A stretch of DNA of 64,000 nucleotides from an uncultured virus (IMG/VR IMGVR_UViG_3300008117_000004). Taxonomy: Duplodnaviria; Heunggongvirae; Uroviricota; Caudoviricetes. A model generated the notes under the pieces. The model made no database searches. It saw only the letters and a list, made by a program, of their open reading frames with translations, and was not told the origin of the DNA. This document shows positions 27,935-38,336 of this stretch, one piece after another. The stretch's first letter is position 1; each line of letters starts with the position of its first letter. A program made the position numbers and the translations under genes. The DNA is taken from the IMG/VR virus record IMGVR_UViG_3300008117_000004, positions 62,001-126,000 of that record, one strand, 5' to 3'.

Positions 27935-28738
27935 TTACTTATTTTTATTATCATTTATTATTTCAGATCCTAAACGACTATTTCCTAGTGTCTTTTGTAT
28001 AGTCGGTTCTTCCATTTCTTCCACTTCATCTTCTATTTTATCTTCAATTTTCTTTGGAAGTTTTAATTTACTTTTTAATTTTTTAATAACATGAGCTATT
28101 GTGTGTTTAGCAACAATAGTCGCAACACCACTAGCTAACATTAGAAAGTTTTCAGGCATTGTGTCTAAGTTAAGTTTATATTTATTGATTATATCAGCTA
28201 ATGAAACACAAATAGGAGCTAACATAGCACCATAAGCAAACATATCTATAATACCACCAATAACAGCACCAACGTGTTTACCAAATATTTTAAAAACACC
28301 TGTTACTGATTTCAAACATTTAATAACTTTTTTAACAATTCCATCACCAATACCTCTCATTCTCAATTCCTCAAGCATAGATTTCGAATCCTTTGTCATT
28401 TCAACCTCTTCTTTAGGTGATTTAGTTTTCTTTTCTTCTAAATAAATAATTGAAAGTGATGTTAATGCTAATAAAACTACTGTTTCTTTTGTTATTTCAA
28501 CTTGTGATAAACTTGCATTTTTCATTATATTAAGTATAATTGGCATAAAAGCACCAATTCCAAATCCAAATGTCCCAATTAATCTAAAATTAAGATTTAA
28601 ATCACTTACTATTTTTCTTAGTACACTTTTATAATCTTCATTTTCAGTTTCATCTGATTCTGTTACCATTTCAAGTGATTGTATAAAATGTTCAACCATT
28701 GAGTCAACTACAATATCGTTATATCTTTTAATTTTCAT
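27935..28738 (-). CDS. Hypothetical protein with several hydrophobic/Gly-rich segments
   Basis: LIGTFGFGIGAFMPIIL, VVLLALTSLSIIYL, VGAVIGGIIDMFAYGAML. Confidence 0.55.
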   Translation of the reverse strand: MKIKRYNDIVVDSMVEHFIQSLEMVTESDETENEDYKSVLRKIVSDLNLNFRLIGTFGFGIGAFMPIILNIMKNASLSQVEITKETVVLLALTSLSIIYLEEKKTKSPKEEVEMTKDSKSMLEELRMRGIGDGIVKKVIKCLKSVTGVFKIFGKHVGAVIGGIIDMFAYGAMLAPICVSLADIINKYKLNLDTMPENFLMLASGVATIVAKHTIAHVIKKLKSKLKLPKKIEDKIEDEVEEMEEPTIQKTLGNSRLGSEIINDNKNK

Positions 28739-28759
28739 ATATTATATATTAATTTTAGA

Positions 28760-29812
28760 TTACCAATTATCATCTTGTGTCATATCTCTTTGACTTGGAT
28801 CAATATTAAAAAACTCTTCAACCGTTCCATCCGTTTCTTGAAGTTTATAATATTTACCAGGTTCAGATGGTTCATAATTCATACCAAAACCACCTTGTGA
28901 ATAACAAAATGTATCTAAATATGGAAAATCTTCATTTCTATATTCATCTATATTAGGAAAAACTACTTTTTCTTTTAGTGTAACTACTAACGGACTTCCT
29001 TTCCAATGAAAAGCGTCAATTGAATTACTAGTCTTGCTTCTTGTATAATAGTCATTATCTATAGCCCACTTCATAAACTTTTGATAATCAGCCTCTGTAT
29101 TATAATAAACTCTATCCATTAATTTTTTACCAGAAGTTGTTTCCCAAAGAAGAGCTCTACCCTTTATAGATTCTTGATCATCAAGTAGTACCAATATTTT
29201 AACTCCTGGACAAGCTCTATAAAAATTAACAGAATGATCATCATTCATACAAGAATGGTCTAAAGTTGATCCCAAGTATTCTTCATAATTACCTGTACAA
29301 TAAGCATCTAATACTTTATCAGTTCCCCATATTTGAAAAGTTCCACTTGTATTTGTTGATACCCATCTTTCCACAAATAGTGATATATCTTTATCACTAA
29401 ATGTATCACCTAATAATTTTTTAACAAATCTACCAACATAAATCTCAGTAAATGATAACTTTGTATCAAAATAATAATTATATAGTTTTCCTGGATCTGG
29501 TTTAAATTCGTAAATTCTAATTAAATCATTTAGATTTTGTTTTTTAACAAATCTATTAACACTTGGATTATCAAAAAAAGATTTGACTTTATCCATTGGA
29601 ACATAAAGTATTTTATCTTCACTATGTAGATTTATATAAGTCATTTCTTGTTCACTTCTATCTAATTCTAACAAAGCTTTACCCACTGAATCATCAAAAT
29701 TATTGATAATTATATTTAATTTATGTTTAACTTCTCTGGATAACTTAAATAGACCTTTAAGTCTTTCACCTGCTTCTTCTAACAAGAATTCTGAATAATT
29801 AAAAACTTTCAT
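28760..29812 (-). CDS. Conserved phage protein with SCM / GRALLW / MDRVY / PYLDTF motifs; probable start 29812
   Basis: Motif set recognisable; the track's N-terminal extension is antisense to the neighbouring gene. Confidence 0.55.
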   Translation of the reverse strand: MKVFNYSEFLLEEAGERLKGLFKLSREVKHKLNIIINNFDDSVGKALLELDRSEQEMTYINLHSEDKILYVPMDKVKSFFDNPSVNRFVKKQNLNDLIRIYEFKPDPGKLYNYYFDTKLSFTEIYVGRFVKKLLGDTFSDKDISLFVERWVSTNTSGTFQIWGTDKVLDAYCTGNYEEYLGSTLDHSCMNDDHSVNFYRACPGVKILVLLDDQESIKGRALLWETTSGKKLMDRVYYNTEADYQKFMKWAIDNDYYTRSKTSNSIDAFHWKGSPLVVTLKEKVVFPNIDEYRNEDFPYLDTFCYSQGGFGMNYEPSEPGKYYKLQETDGTVEEFFNIDPSQRDMTQDDNW

Positions 29813-29881
29813 AATGTATATATAAAAAGTAAAAAAACGGTTTTTAAAAAATAATATATAATTAAAAATAAAACGTATAAA

Positions 29882-30505
29882 ATGAGATTTATAAAGAAAA
29901 TTAATGAATTTTTCAACCCTGAATCTGAAATTGAAAGAGAAGATGATTTCTATGGTCATGATGAAGAAGAAGGTGATTTCGGTCACGAAGATGATTTCTA
30001 TGGTCATGACGAAGAAGAAGGTGATGAATTTAATCATGATGAAGAAAATTGGGGTGATGAAGAAGATTCATCATTAGGTGGATCAAGAATTTCATCATTT
30101 GATAATTTTGGTTCTGATGAAGAAGAATGTGAACCGTGTAACGATGAAGAGGATGAGTATTCTCACGAAGATTTTGGTCATGAAGACGAAGAAGATTTTT
30201 CTCACGAAGAAGATGAGTATTCTCACGAAGATTTTGGTTCTGATGAAGACGAAGATGAGGATGAAAATTTTGAAGAAGATACTTATGTTGAGTCTTTCAA
30301 AGGTTTCAATGAAAAAATGAATGCTGGTTTCAAAGCTTATTTAGATAAAAAGAAAGCTGAGAAAGAAGGTAAAAAAGAGGATAAAGATGAGAAAAAAGGT
30401 GGTAAAAAAGGTGCTAAACCAGATTTCTTAGATTTAGATAAAGATGGTGATAAAAAAGAGCCAATGAAAAAAGCAGCTAAAGAAGCTAAAAATAAAAAGA
30501 AATAA
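29882..30505 (+). CDS. Acidic low-complexity protein with basic C-terminus and KPDFLDLDKDGDKKEPMK EF-hand-like motif; possible head scaffold/internal protein
   Basis: EDDFYGHDEEEGD x2 and DEYSHEDFG x2 repeats; DxDxDG motif; internal ESFKGFNE. Confidence 0.55.
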   Translation: MRFIKKINEFFNPESEIEREDDFYGHDEEEGDFGHEDDFYGHDEEEGDEFNHDEENWGDEEDSSLGGSRISSFDNFGSDEEECEPCNDEEDEYSHEDFGHEDEEDFSHEEDEYSHEDFGSDEDEDEDENFEEDTYVESFKGFNEKMNAGFKAYLDKKKAEKEGKKEDKDEKKGGKKGAKPDFLDLDKDGDKKEPMKKAAKEAKNKKK

Positions 30506-30530
30506 TTTGACGTATCATCGAATTATAAAC

Positions 30531-30559
30531 AAAAAACTCACCAAATTGGTGAGTTTTTT
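30531..30559. terminator. Bidirectional intrinsic terminator
   Basis: AAAAAACTCACCA-AAT-TGGTGAGTTTTTT between convergent genes. Confidence 0.75.
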
Positions 30560-32226
30560 TATGCGTCTATTTTAACATTTACTCTTTTGATTGCCTCTTG
30601 AATCCAATCTGGTAAAAAATGAGAAGAGTGTTTTATAACATCACCAAATCCACCATCTAATACAATAGTATCAGCATAATCAGTTATAGATCTAACTGGT
30701 CTACCAGTCATTTGTACTAACCCAGCACAGGTCTTCCAACTATACCAATCCGGATTATTGACTTGTCTCATTTTGTTTTTCTGAGATGCTAAAGAAGGAT
30801 AAGGAATTTTAGCAATAATTTGAAAACGGGCTTTATCATTATCAAAACTAACGCCTGTATCCATTGAAGGACTAACAATAACAGTTGGTTCTGTACTTTC
30901 AAAGTGCATTTTCAAAACCTCATCTTTATTAGATGAATCGTGGAAAATAAGTCTTGGATCTTTAATTGAATCTTCAATCCATTTAGCCAGTTCAAAAGAA
31001 TTTGTGTGTATAACTCCTTTTTTACCTTTATATTTATCTAATAATTTCTGTATATAAGGAATATATCTTTTAAAAGTTTCTTCTTTTGTTTTAAATGACA
31101 TCTTACCCAATGGCATATAAAAAATAGGTCTATTCTTTAATGGAAAAGGAGATCCAATTGAATAGTAAACAGCTTTACTAACATCTAATCCGTTTAGATT
31201 ACAAAATAAGTTCTTATCTAAAATAGTTCCAGACATAAGAAAAACCATATCATAGTGAGCAAAAACATACTTATCTAAGTAATCAAAAGACCAAATTGGT
31301 TCTAAGGATAATTCTTTTTGTCTAGCTTTTTCATTCCAATTAGATTCCAATACCCAGTTATTTGGATTTTCCTTATATTCTTTTAAGAATACTTCTATTT
31401 TTAATTGGTATTGTTTTAAATCTGTAACTAAGTTCATTAACTTAACGTCACTATTTTTACTATTTAAAACTTTTGAGATTTTCAAATCTCTTTTATCAGA
31501 TTTAACATCTCTTTTTGTATTAACCATTCCTTTCTCCATTCCCTCAACGGTATCTAAAATTTCACCATTAAAATATGAAAGAAAATCAACATATGATTGA
31601 ATAGTATTCACAGCTTTTAACTTTTTCAAAATCTCATATTCATTTGAAAATTTAAACCTCTTAACTATTGTCTCAGTTATCTTAATGGAGATAAAGTCAG
31701 ACATAACATCATCAAATTCATGACACTCATCAACAATTAAAACTCTAGCTCCTCTTGATTCCATTAACTTTTGATTATAAATCGCATAAAGAATATAAAG
31801 ATAAAAGTTTGTTAAAGAGATTCCACCACTAATATAGTTCTCTCTAGCGTTTGTATATGGACAAGATTCACAAGTTGTTTTATTAAGTCTATTAAACTCA
31901 CCACCTTGAGCACAAGAACAAGAATAAGATTCACATTCATAATTCTCTTTACCCTTTAAATCAGAAATTGATTCGTAAGTTTCTGAGTATTGGTCTTGTA
32001 GAATTTTACTGTTAGTGATAACATCAACTCTTGCGAATTTACTTACATTCTTTTTATACCAGTCTGCAATCATTAAGGCTAAGTAAGATTTACCCGTACC
32101 AACTGGTAGATTAAGTAGATAGAACTTGTTTAGTTTATTTTTATTATATTCCGAATCTATAAATTCCAATGCTTCCTTCTGTTCTTTTCTTGGTTTAAAT
32201 TTTGCTAAATCTTTTTTAAGTGACAT
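30559..32226 (-). CDS. DinG/XPD-like SF2 helicase
   Basis: PVGTGKS, LQDQY, Cys cluster CESYSCSC..CESC, VDECH, MSGT, GVSF, QMTGRPVRS. Confidence 0.88.
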   Translation of the reverse strand: MSLKKDLAKFKPRKEQKEALEFIDSEYNKNKLNKFYLLNLPVGTGKSYLALMIADWYKKNVSKFARVDVITNSKILQDQYSETYESISDLKGKENYECESYSCSCAQGGEFNRLNKTTCESCPYTNARENYISGGISLTNFYLYILYAIYNQKLMESRGARVLIVDECHEFDDVMSDFISIKITETIVKRFKFSNEYEILKKLKAVNTIQSYVDFLSYFNGEILDTVEGMEKGMVNTKRDVKSDKRDLKISKVLNSKNSDVKLMNLVTDLKQYQLKIEVFLKEYKENPNNWVLESNWNEKARQKELSLEPIWSFDYLDKYVFAHYDMVFLMSGTILDKNLFCNLNGLDVSKAVYYSIGSPFPLKNRPIFYMPLGKMSFKTKEETFKRYIPYIQKLLDKYKGKKGVIHTNSFELAKWIEDSIKDPRLIFHDSSNKDEVLKMHFESTEPTVIVSPSMDTGVSFDNDKARFQIIAKIPYPSLASQKNKMRQVNNPDWYSWKTCAGLVQMTGRPVRSITDYADTIVLDGGFGDVIKHSSHFLPDWIQEAIKRVNVKIDA

Positions 32227-32266
32227 ACTTTTTTTTAATATATATGATAAAGTTTTATTAAAGTTT

Positions 32267-33244
32267 ATGCCAAAAAAGATAACATATGAAGAGTTTATAG
32301 ATAGATCAAAAGATAAACATGGTGATAAATTTAATTATGATAATGTTAATTATATAAATCAATACACACCTGTTAAAATTAAATGCCCGATACATGGTTA
32401 TTTTGAACAAATACCTAAATCACATATGAATGGAAATGGTTGTAAAAAGTGTTCACAATTGAAAATTGCGGAGAAATTAACGGGAGTTAAAAAATTAAAC
32501 AAGTTAGATGATAAAACAATTATTGATAGATTGGAAAAAATGTATGATTATGATTATTCTAAATGCAAAATAAATGGAACAGGGCAAACTGCTGTTATAA
32601 GTGATATAATATGTCCGGTACATGGCTTTTTCTCTAAAAGATTAAATAATCATTTAAGACAAAATCAAGGATGTAATTTGTGTGGTAAAAATAAATTAAC
32701 AAGAGATATATTTACAGAAAGATCTAATATAATACACCAAAATAAATATGATTATTCAAAATTTGAGTATATAAATAATAGAGAAGCATCTATTATAATA
32801 TGTCCTGATCATGGTGAATTTAAACAAAGACCTGATAAACATTTATCTGGACAAGGATGTCCTGTTTGTTATAGAAATATAATATCAAAGGGTGAGAAAT
32901 TTATAAGAAATTTTCTTATATCTAAAAATATAAAATTTGAAGAACAAAGAATAATACCTGGAACTAAATTAAAGATGGATTTCTTTTTACCATTAAAAAA
33001 TATATGTATTGAATATGATGGTATTCAACATTTTGAACCAAGAGTGAGATTTGGAGGTGATGCGGAGTTTAACAATCAGAAATTGAGAGATATAAGTAAA
33101 AATGATTATTGTAAAAATAACAATATAAAATTATTTAGAATATCATACAAGGATTACTCTAAGTTAAATTCTATTTTAGATGAAATTTTAAATGAAAGTA
33201 TTAAAAGTTTCAAAGAATTCGTAAATCTTATAAAAAATGTTTAA
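32267..33244 (+). CDS. Zn-ribbon-repeat plus PD-(D/E)XK homing endonuclease-like protein; probable start 32267
   Basis: CPIHG/CPVHG/CPDHG repeats; MDFFLP..CIEYDGIQH. Confidence 0.85.
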   Translation: MPKKITYEEFIDRSKDKHGDKFNYDNVNYINQYTPVKIKCPIHGYFEQIPKSHMNGNGCKKCSQLKIAEKLTGVKKLNKLDDKTIIDRLEKMYDYDYSKCKINGTGQTAVISDIICPVHGFFSKRLNNHLRQNQGCNLCGKNKLTRDIFTERSNIIHQNKYDYSKFEYINNREASIIICPDHGEFKQRPDKHLSGQGCPVCYRNIISKGEKFIRNFLISKNIKFEEQRIIPGTKLKMDFFLPLKNICIEYDGIQHFEPRVRFGGDAEFNNQKLRDISKNDYCKNNNIKLFRISYKDYSKLNSILDEILNESIKSFKEFVNLIKNV

Positions 33245-33303
33245 AAAAAGAGGTTTTTTATATTTTTTAGTAAATATATAAGAAAAATAAACTTTTTTCC
33301 CTT

Positions 33304-33486
33304 ATGTATTTACTAGATTATGATGATTTTAACATATACACAACATCAGAAGATGTAAAAGAATATGTCAATTCTTTAATTATTGAAGGATATGAATTTT
33401 CAGAAGAAATATATACTATGTGTATTGAACATTTTGGAGATGGTATAAAATCACTTCTAAATGAGATATTTTTTTATGAAGATTAA
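33304..33486 (+). CDS. Small acidic hypothetical protein
   Basis: 60-aa ORF with upstream AATATATA-type motif. Confidence 0.5.
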   Translation: MYLLDYDDFNIYTTSEDVKEYVNSLIIEGYEFSEEIYTMCIEHFGDGIKSLLNEIFFYED

Positions 33487-34141
33487 AAAGTTTTTTGAAT
33501 TCAAAGGTATCGTCAATCAAGATATTTTATATATTTTTGATTTTGACGATACATTAGTTGAAACTCCTGAATTTGAGGAGTTAGCAATTCCCTACTTAAA
33601 GGAAGATGTTAGTGTTGAAGAGTTAGTCAATAAGTGTATAAATGAAATCGATGTAGATAAAAATTTATTAAAATATTTAGATGGGAGAATTTATTTTGAA
33701 GATCCTAATAATCAATTAGAAATACCATCGAATTCAAAGTATTGGGTAAGAAAAGGTTTAAGAGTTTATCTATTACCACCAAATGAGTTTTCACTATCAG
33801 ATGATAGTTTACCAAAAGAGGTTAAAAGTTTAAAAGATCTTTATGATTCTGTTGAAAATAAATGTATTGTAACAGCTAGACCAGAAATAATCAGAGATAA
33901 AATTTTAAAATCTCTTAAAGATTTAGGATTTAGTAAACCAAAATATGGTTTACATATGTACCCAAGTTTAAATCATAGAAATGCAGGTGAATGGAAAGGT
34001 CATAAAATAGTTCAATTAATTGAAGAAACTGGATTTAAAAAAGCTATTTTTTATGATGATAATTCAAAGTATATCAAAAAAGCTAGAAAAGTAATTACTG
34101 AAAAATTACCTCATTTTGATATAAAATACGTAAAAGTATAA
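33476..34141 (+). CDS. HAD-superfamily phosphatase (RNA-repair/PNK-phosphatase-like); probable start 33476
   Basis: FDFDDTL, VTARP, K, FYDD motifs. Confidence 0.8.
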   Translation: MKIKKFFEFKGIVNQDILYIFDFDDTLVETPEFEELAIPYLKEDVSVEELVNKCINEIDVDKNLLKYLDGRIYFEDPNNQLEIPSNSKYWVRKGLRVYLLPPNEFSLSDDSLPKEVKSLKDLYDSVENKCIVTARPEIIRDKILKSLKDLGFSKPKYGLHMYPSLNHRNAGEWKGHKIVQLIEETGFKKAIFYDDNSKYIKKARKVITEKLPHFDIKYVKV

Positions 34142-34162
34142 AACCACTCGATTGAGTGGTTT
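34141..34162. terminator. Hairpin terminator between convergent genes
   Basis: AAACCACTC-GATT-GAGTGGTTT. Confidence 0.6.
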
Positions 34163-34173
34163 CATTTTATAGT

Positions 34174-35142
34174 TTATAATCTTTGAATTTTAAAAATCTT
34201 AAATGATTCCTTGATATTCAATATATTTATTATATTCTCTATTTGTAGATTAACATCCTTTTTATCTATATGTTTTCTATCTTGTTTAATTATAATCAGT
34301 TTAATACTATTATCATCACAAAACTTTTGTTTTATACTATCTCTTAATATAGTAAGTTTGTAATTAGGTTCGCCACCAAATAACTCAACTGGTTGATAAT
34401 GCTGTATTCCATTAAATTCTATACAAGTGTTATATTCAGGTAAGAAAAAGTCAAAAGGTAGTAATTGTTTATAAGAACACTCTTTGAACTTCTTCTGTCT
34501 CACATAACTTATTTTATTTTTATTTAAGAAAAGTTCAATTAATCTCTCTCCATATGATTGTGAGCACACAGGACATCCGGATCCTGATATAACATGAGTA
34601 GCTGGTACTTGAGTGAAAGGTCCATGTTTTGGACATATTATAGTAACCGGTGTTTTCATGTTAACATATTCTACGTTTGAATAATCATAATTAATAGTGT
34701 GTACACTCTTTGCTCTTTTTATAAAATTTTCAGTATCTAATTTTTTATTATTTGAACAAGATGCACACCCATTTCCATTCATATGTGACCAAGCTGATTG
34801 TTGAAAAGGTCCGTGCTCAGGGCAGTTTATAGTGGAATTTATTCTATTTTTTTTATAAACAAAATCAGAATAGTCGTATTTATCACCATGTTTACTTCTA
34901 AACTTTTTTAGAACATCATCAAAATTCGACTTTTGTTTTTCTGAAGATCTATTATTACCACAAGTATTACATCCATGTCCTTTTAATAAATTCTTAACAG
35001 TTTGTATAGATTCATGACCTTTATCACAGATCGTTTTTATTTTTGAATGTGTGTTTAAATAATCACTCATATCAAATGTATATTCTGGGTGTTTTAATTT
35101 AAGTCTTTTATAAATTTCATCTTTATCTATTTTAATAGCCAT
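34174..35142 (-). CDS. Zn-ribbon-repeat plus PD-(D/E)XK homing endonuclease-like protein
   Basis: CDKGH/CPEHG/CPKHG repeats; FDFFLP..CIEFNGIQH. Confidence 0.85.
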   Translation of the reverse strand: MAIKIDKDEIYKRLKLKHPEYTFDMSDYLNTHSKIKTICDKGHESIQTVKNLLKGHGCNTCGNNRSSEKQKSNFDDVLKKFRSKHGDKYDYSDFVYKKNRINSTINCPEHGPFQQSAWSHMNGNGCASCSNNKKLDTENFIKRAKSVHTINYDYSNVEYVNMKTPVTIICPKHGPFTQVPATHVISGSGCPVCSQSYGERLIELFLNKNKISYVRQKKFKECSYKQLLPFDFFLPEYNTCIEFNGIQHYQPVELFGGEPNYKLTILRDSIKQKFCDDNSIKLIIIKQDRKHIDKKDVNLQIENIINILNIKESFKIFKIQRL

Positions 35143-35152
35143 TAATTATATA

Positions 35153-36679
35153 TTAAATATCATTTTCCAATTCTTTGATCATATCAAGTACTTTTTTAAG
35201 CTCTTCCTTTTTGCTCATCATGATATTTTTATTATATTTTCTATCGGCATATATATCTTCCAACATCTTGAGTGTGGGTGATAACCTTTTCTCGAAAACT
35301 ACACCATTTACACATAACACATGATTATTTAAATCAATTTCTCTACCATTTTCACACATAGTTTTATCTCTACTTGATTGAACACCAACGAAGTTTTCAG
35401 GGGCTATGTAAAACTGACGTTGTGTTGTGGGATAAAGTGAGCTGAAATCATAAGTAACACACCATCTGTTCATTCCGACTACTGGATCTTTAACCCATCC
35501 ACCTGCAATAGTTGATTCACCATCTCCCTTTTCGTCTTTGAAAAGAACTATATTATCCATTTCTCTAAATCGATTTCTTAAAACTCCTTCTGTGATTGCT
35601 AAAGAAGCTAAAGCATTATTCATTTGAGAAACAACATCAACAATTCTAATTCTCGATAATGAAGAGATCGCATAAACAATAGAGATATAGTTTCTTGCTT
35701 CGTGAATTTTTTGTACTAAGACACTATCGACAGCGTTATAATACATAAAAGTTTCAAAATCATCCTCATAAAGTTTTTGTAATGATCCTGTATATTTAAT
35801 TTTATCAACACCAACTAATTTCTGAGAAACAAAGTCTAATGATGATGACTCTTTTACCTTGATTGAAGTATCACAAATTTCATATAATTGCATGTAATCA
35901 AAGATCATTCTATGTGCTGGTACCTCAAAATCAGTTCCCCACATTTTATTCAATCTTTTTAAAGGCGATGATTCATTTGGATTGATTCTATATTCTTTAC
36001 CATTCATCCATTTGGATATTTTTCTAGAACGGTTTACTAAATACAACCAGTCATAGTTCAAGAAGTTCCATCCAGTTAAAAGTGGCATTTTAGGAACCAT
36101 TTTATGAAAGAAAGCATATAACATATCAAACTCATCATCATACTTAACATACTTAAACTTATAATCTGAATTAAATTTCTTAAAGTATTTATTTGTGTTA
36201 GTTCTTATACGTTCTTGCATATCTTCAGGCATATCCTTTAAACCTAATAAGATAATTTTATCGTCATAAACAATTGATATTGAAAGAACTTGAGTAGCTG
36301 CTCCTTCTTGTATAACATTACCTTGCTGATCTTTAATATCAGCAGCTTCAGGAAAACCATCAATAATTTCAGTTTCAATATCTATAAAGTAAATCTTTGG
36401 TAGGTTAAACTCAAACAACTCATCTTGTTCTTCTTTTGGAAGTGCGTCTAAATACTCATAGATTGCGTATCTATCAGGTCTCTCAACTTGAACCAATTTT
36501 ACTGATTTACCATCCCAAGATTTATAAGTTGGATGTTTTTGAGGATCATTCTCCTCACAAGTAACGTATTTAACTGGATTATCCCAGTCATAATATTTAA
36601 GTTTTATATCACCGGTTTTATCTACATAACTACAAACTAATTTCTTCGTATTTGTCAAATATTGTGTTTCAATAAGCAT
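35153..36679 (-). CDS. Family B DNA polymerase, N-terminal subunit only (3'-5' exonuclease plus motif A)
   Basis: DIETE, GWNFLNYD, YNAVDS exonuclease motifs; GGWVKDP, YDFSSLYP; ends before KxxxNSxYG and YGDTDS. Confidence 0.9.
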   Translation of the reverse strand: MLIETQYLTNTKKLVCSYVDKTGDIKLKYYDWDNPVKYVTCEENDPQKHPTYKSWDGKSVKLVQVERPDRYAIYEYLDALPKEEQDELFEFNLPKIYFIDIETEIIDGFPEAADIKDQQGNVIQEGAATQVLSISIVYDDKIILLGLKDMPEDMQERIRTNTNKYFKKFNSDYKFKYVKYDDEFDMLYAFFHKMVPKMPLLTGWNFLNYDWLYLVNRSRKISKWMNGKEYRINPNESSPLKRLNKMWGTDFEVPAHRMIFDYMQLYEICDTSIKVKESSSLDFVSQKLVGVDKIKYTGSLQKLYEDDFETFMYYNAVDSVLVQKIHEARNYISIVYAISSLSRIRIVDVVSQMNNALASLAITEGVLRNRFREMDNIVLFKDEKGDGESTIAGGWVKDPVVGMNRWCVTYDFSSLYPTTQRQFYIAPENFVGVQSSRDKTMCENGREIDLNNHVLCVNGVVFEKRLSPTLKMLEDIYADRKYNKNIMMSKKEELKKVLDMIKELENDI

Positions 36680-36798
36680 TTTATTAAATTATTTTTTACA
36701 TGTGTTATATTCATGATTTACAACATGGTTTAAATTTTTTAAAATAAAAAACCCACACTTTTGGTGTGGGAAATTAAACTATGAAAAAAAAAAGAAAA

Positions 36799-37314
36799 TT
36801 AAAAATCGCAATCAAAATAGTCTAAAATTATACCATTTTTCTCTACAACAAATTGCAATTCATCTCTCTTTACTAATTGATATTCGTAATGTCTTCCTAA
36901 TTTAAAGAGTGTTCTGATAAATGGAATGTCTTCACTTTCATTAACAACTTTTTCTTCAACCATTAAACATAAAACTTTTTTATCATCTTCTGAATTGTAA
37001 TTAATTAATTCATCATCGTGATTTCTTTCAAGACCTGTTTTACCATAAGCGAAGAATTGCGTTTTTAATTTTTCACCGGAGGTAGTATATGTTAGAGTAA
37101 CATAATCACCAATTTCTATATTAGGATTTTCATCTTTTAAATAAACTCTAGTCCAAAAATATATTTTTTCAGGAGATATTTCAATTTGAACTTCATCACT
37201 GACATCGTCTGATAATTCATCTGTATCTACATCTGCTAGTTGTTCTTGTATAAACTCATATAATGTTTTACCATCATTAAGCTCGTTCATTGTATATTCT
37301 TTATTTTCTGACAT
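36799..37314 (-). CDS. Hypothetical protein
   Basis: 171-aa ORF in minus-strand replication block. Confidence 0.6.
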   Translation of the reverse strand: MSENKEYTMNELNDGKTLYEFIQEQLADVDTDELSDDVSDEVQIEISPEKIYFWTRVYLKDENPNIEIGDYVTLTYTTSGEKLKTQFFAYGKTGLERNHDDELINYNSEDDKKVLCLMVEEKVVNESEDIPFIRTLFKLGRHYEYQLVKRDELQFVVEKNGIILDYFDCDF

Positions 37315-37359
37315 TTTAGAAAAATATTTTTTATTTATATAGGATATAATATAATAAGT

Positions 37360-38190
37360 TTAAACAGCTATTTCTAATTTCTGACTTAACTTTTGAATTC
37401 CCTCAATTCCTTCTATGATAAAGTCATCAACTGTATAATCATAAAAATTATCTTTTTGAACTAATGAAATTTTTGGATTTATATCTAAAGGTTTTCTTTC
37501 TAAAATCTCTTTTACAGAATCCATGTGTCTATCATAAACGTGTAAATTTTGAACTAAATGACAGAACTTACCAACTTTATACCCACAATGACTAGCAACC
37601 ATCATCTGAAGAGCAACATATTGTATCTTATTTATGTATCCAGCCATTACATAGTCATTTGATCTTTGAGTTAAAGTCATATCTAAATAATATTCACCAT
37701 CTACTTTTCTTACAGACCAAAGTGTTTCATAAGCACAAGGATGTAATCCTTTAGTTTCTTTCAAATCAGAATATTGAAACATATTAATAATGTGTCTTCT
37801 ACCAAAAGGGTCATTTTTTAAACCATATAAAAGTTGATTCATCAAATCATATCTATTGATAGTAGCGCCATATCGTTGACCAATTGTTTCATCACCAATA
37901 TTCCATTCTTCCCACCAATTAACTCCTAATTCACGAGCAATCTCTAATGAACTAGTTTGTTTTTGATAAATCCAAAGAACTTCTCTAATTCCAGTTTTGA
38001 TTGCAGTATTTCTTAATGTGGTAATTGGAAACTCACCTTTAGAAAGGTCATATTCTTCAAATACTCCAGTAATGAATTTTGTATGAGCTGGTTTACCATC
38101 TGACCAAACTGGTCTTGGATTTTCATCCCAAGAACCTTCACTTAATATCTTATTAAGATTTTCAATATAATATTTATCTGCTTTGTTCAT
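37360..38190 (-). CDS. thyA: Thymidylate synthase
   Basis: FPITTLR, EVLW, GRRHI, LHPC, QRSND, N, HVYDRH. Confidence 0.95.
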   Translation of the reverse strand: MNKADKYYIENLNKILSEGSWDENPRPVWSDGKPAHTKFITGVFEEYDLSKGEFPITTLRNTAIKTGIREVLWIYQKQTSSLEIARELGVNWWEEWNIGDETIGQRYGATINRYDLMNQLLYGLKNDPFGRRHIINMFQYSDLKETKGLHPCAYETLWSVRKVDGEYYLDMTLTQRSNDYVMAGYINKIQYVALQMMVASHCGYKVGKFCHLVQNLHVYDRHMDSVKEILERKPLDINPKISLVQKDNFYDYTVDDFIIEGIEGIQKLSQKLEIAV

Positions 38191-38336
38191 TACCTAACTT
38201 TTCTTTTTTACAATAACAAAATTGTTCAAATAAACCACAATCACCGTGGTATTTACCATATAACTCCTCATTTCTGTTATTAATTCTGATAATTATTTCA
38301 TGTGCTGGATTATTAGGATCCAATCCATCGTTTATA

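Noticed and set aside
29813..30037. N-terminal extension of ORF 28760-30037
   Set aside because: Antisense to the neighbouring gene and spans the divergent promoter region; ATG at 29812 fits better. The same reasoning applies to the extensions at 32126-32266 and 52036-52128
29936..30260. CRISPR-like spaced direct repeats
   Set aside because: Only pairs of in-frame repeats encoding acidic peptides inside an ORF; no constant repeat-spacer period and no cas genes
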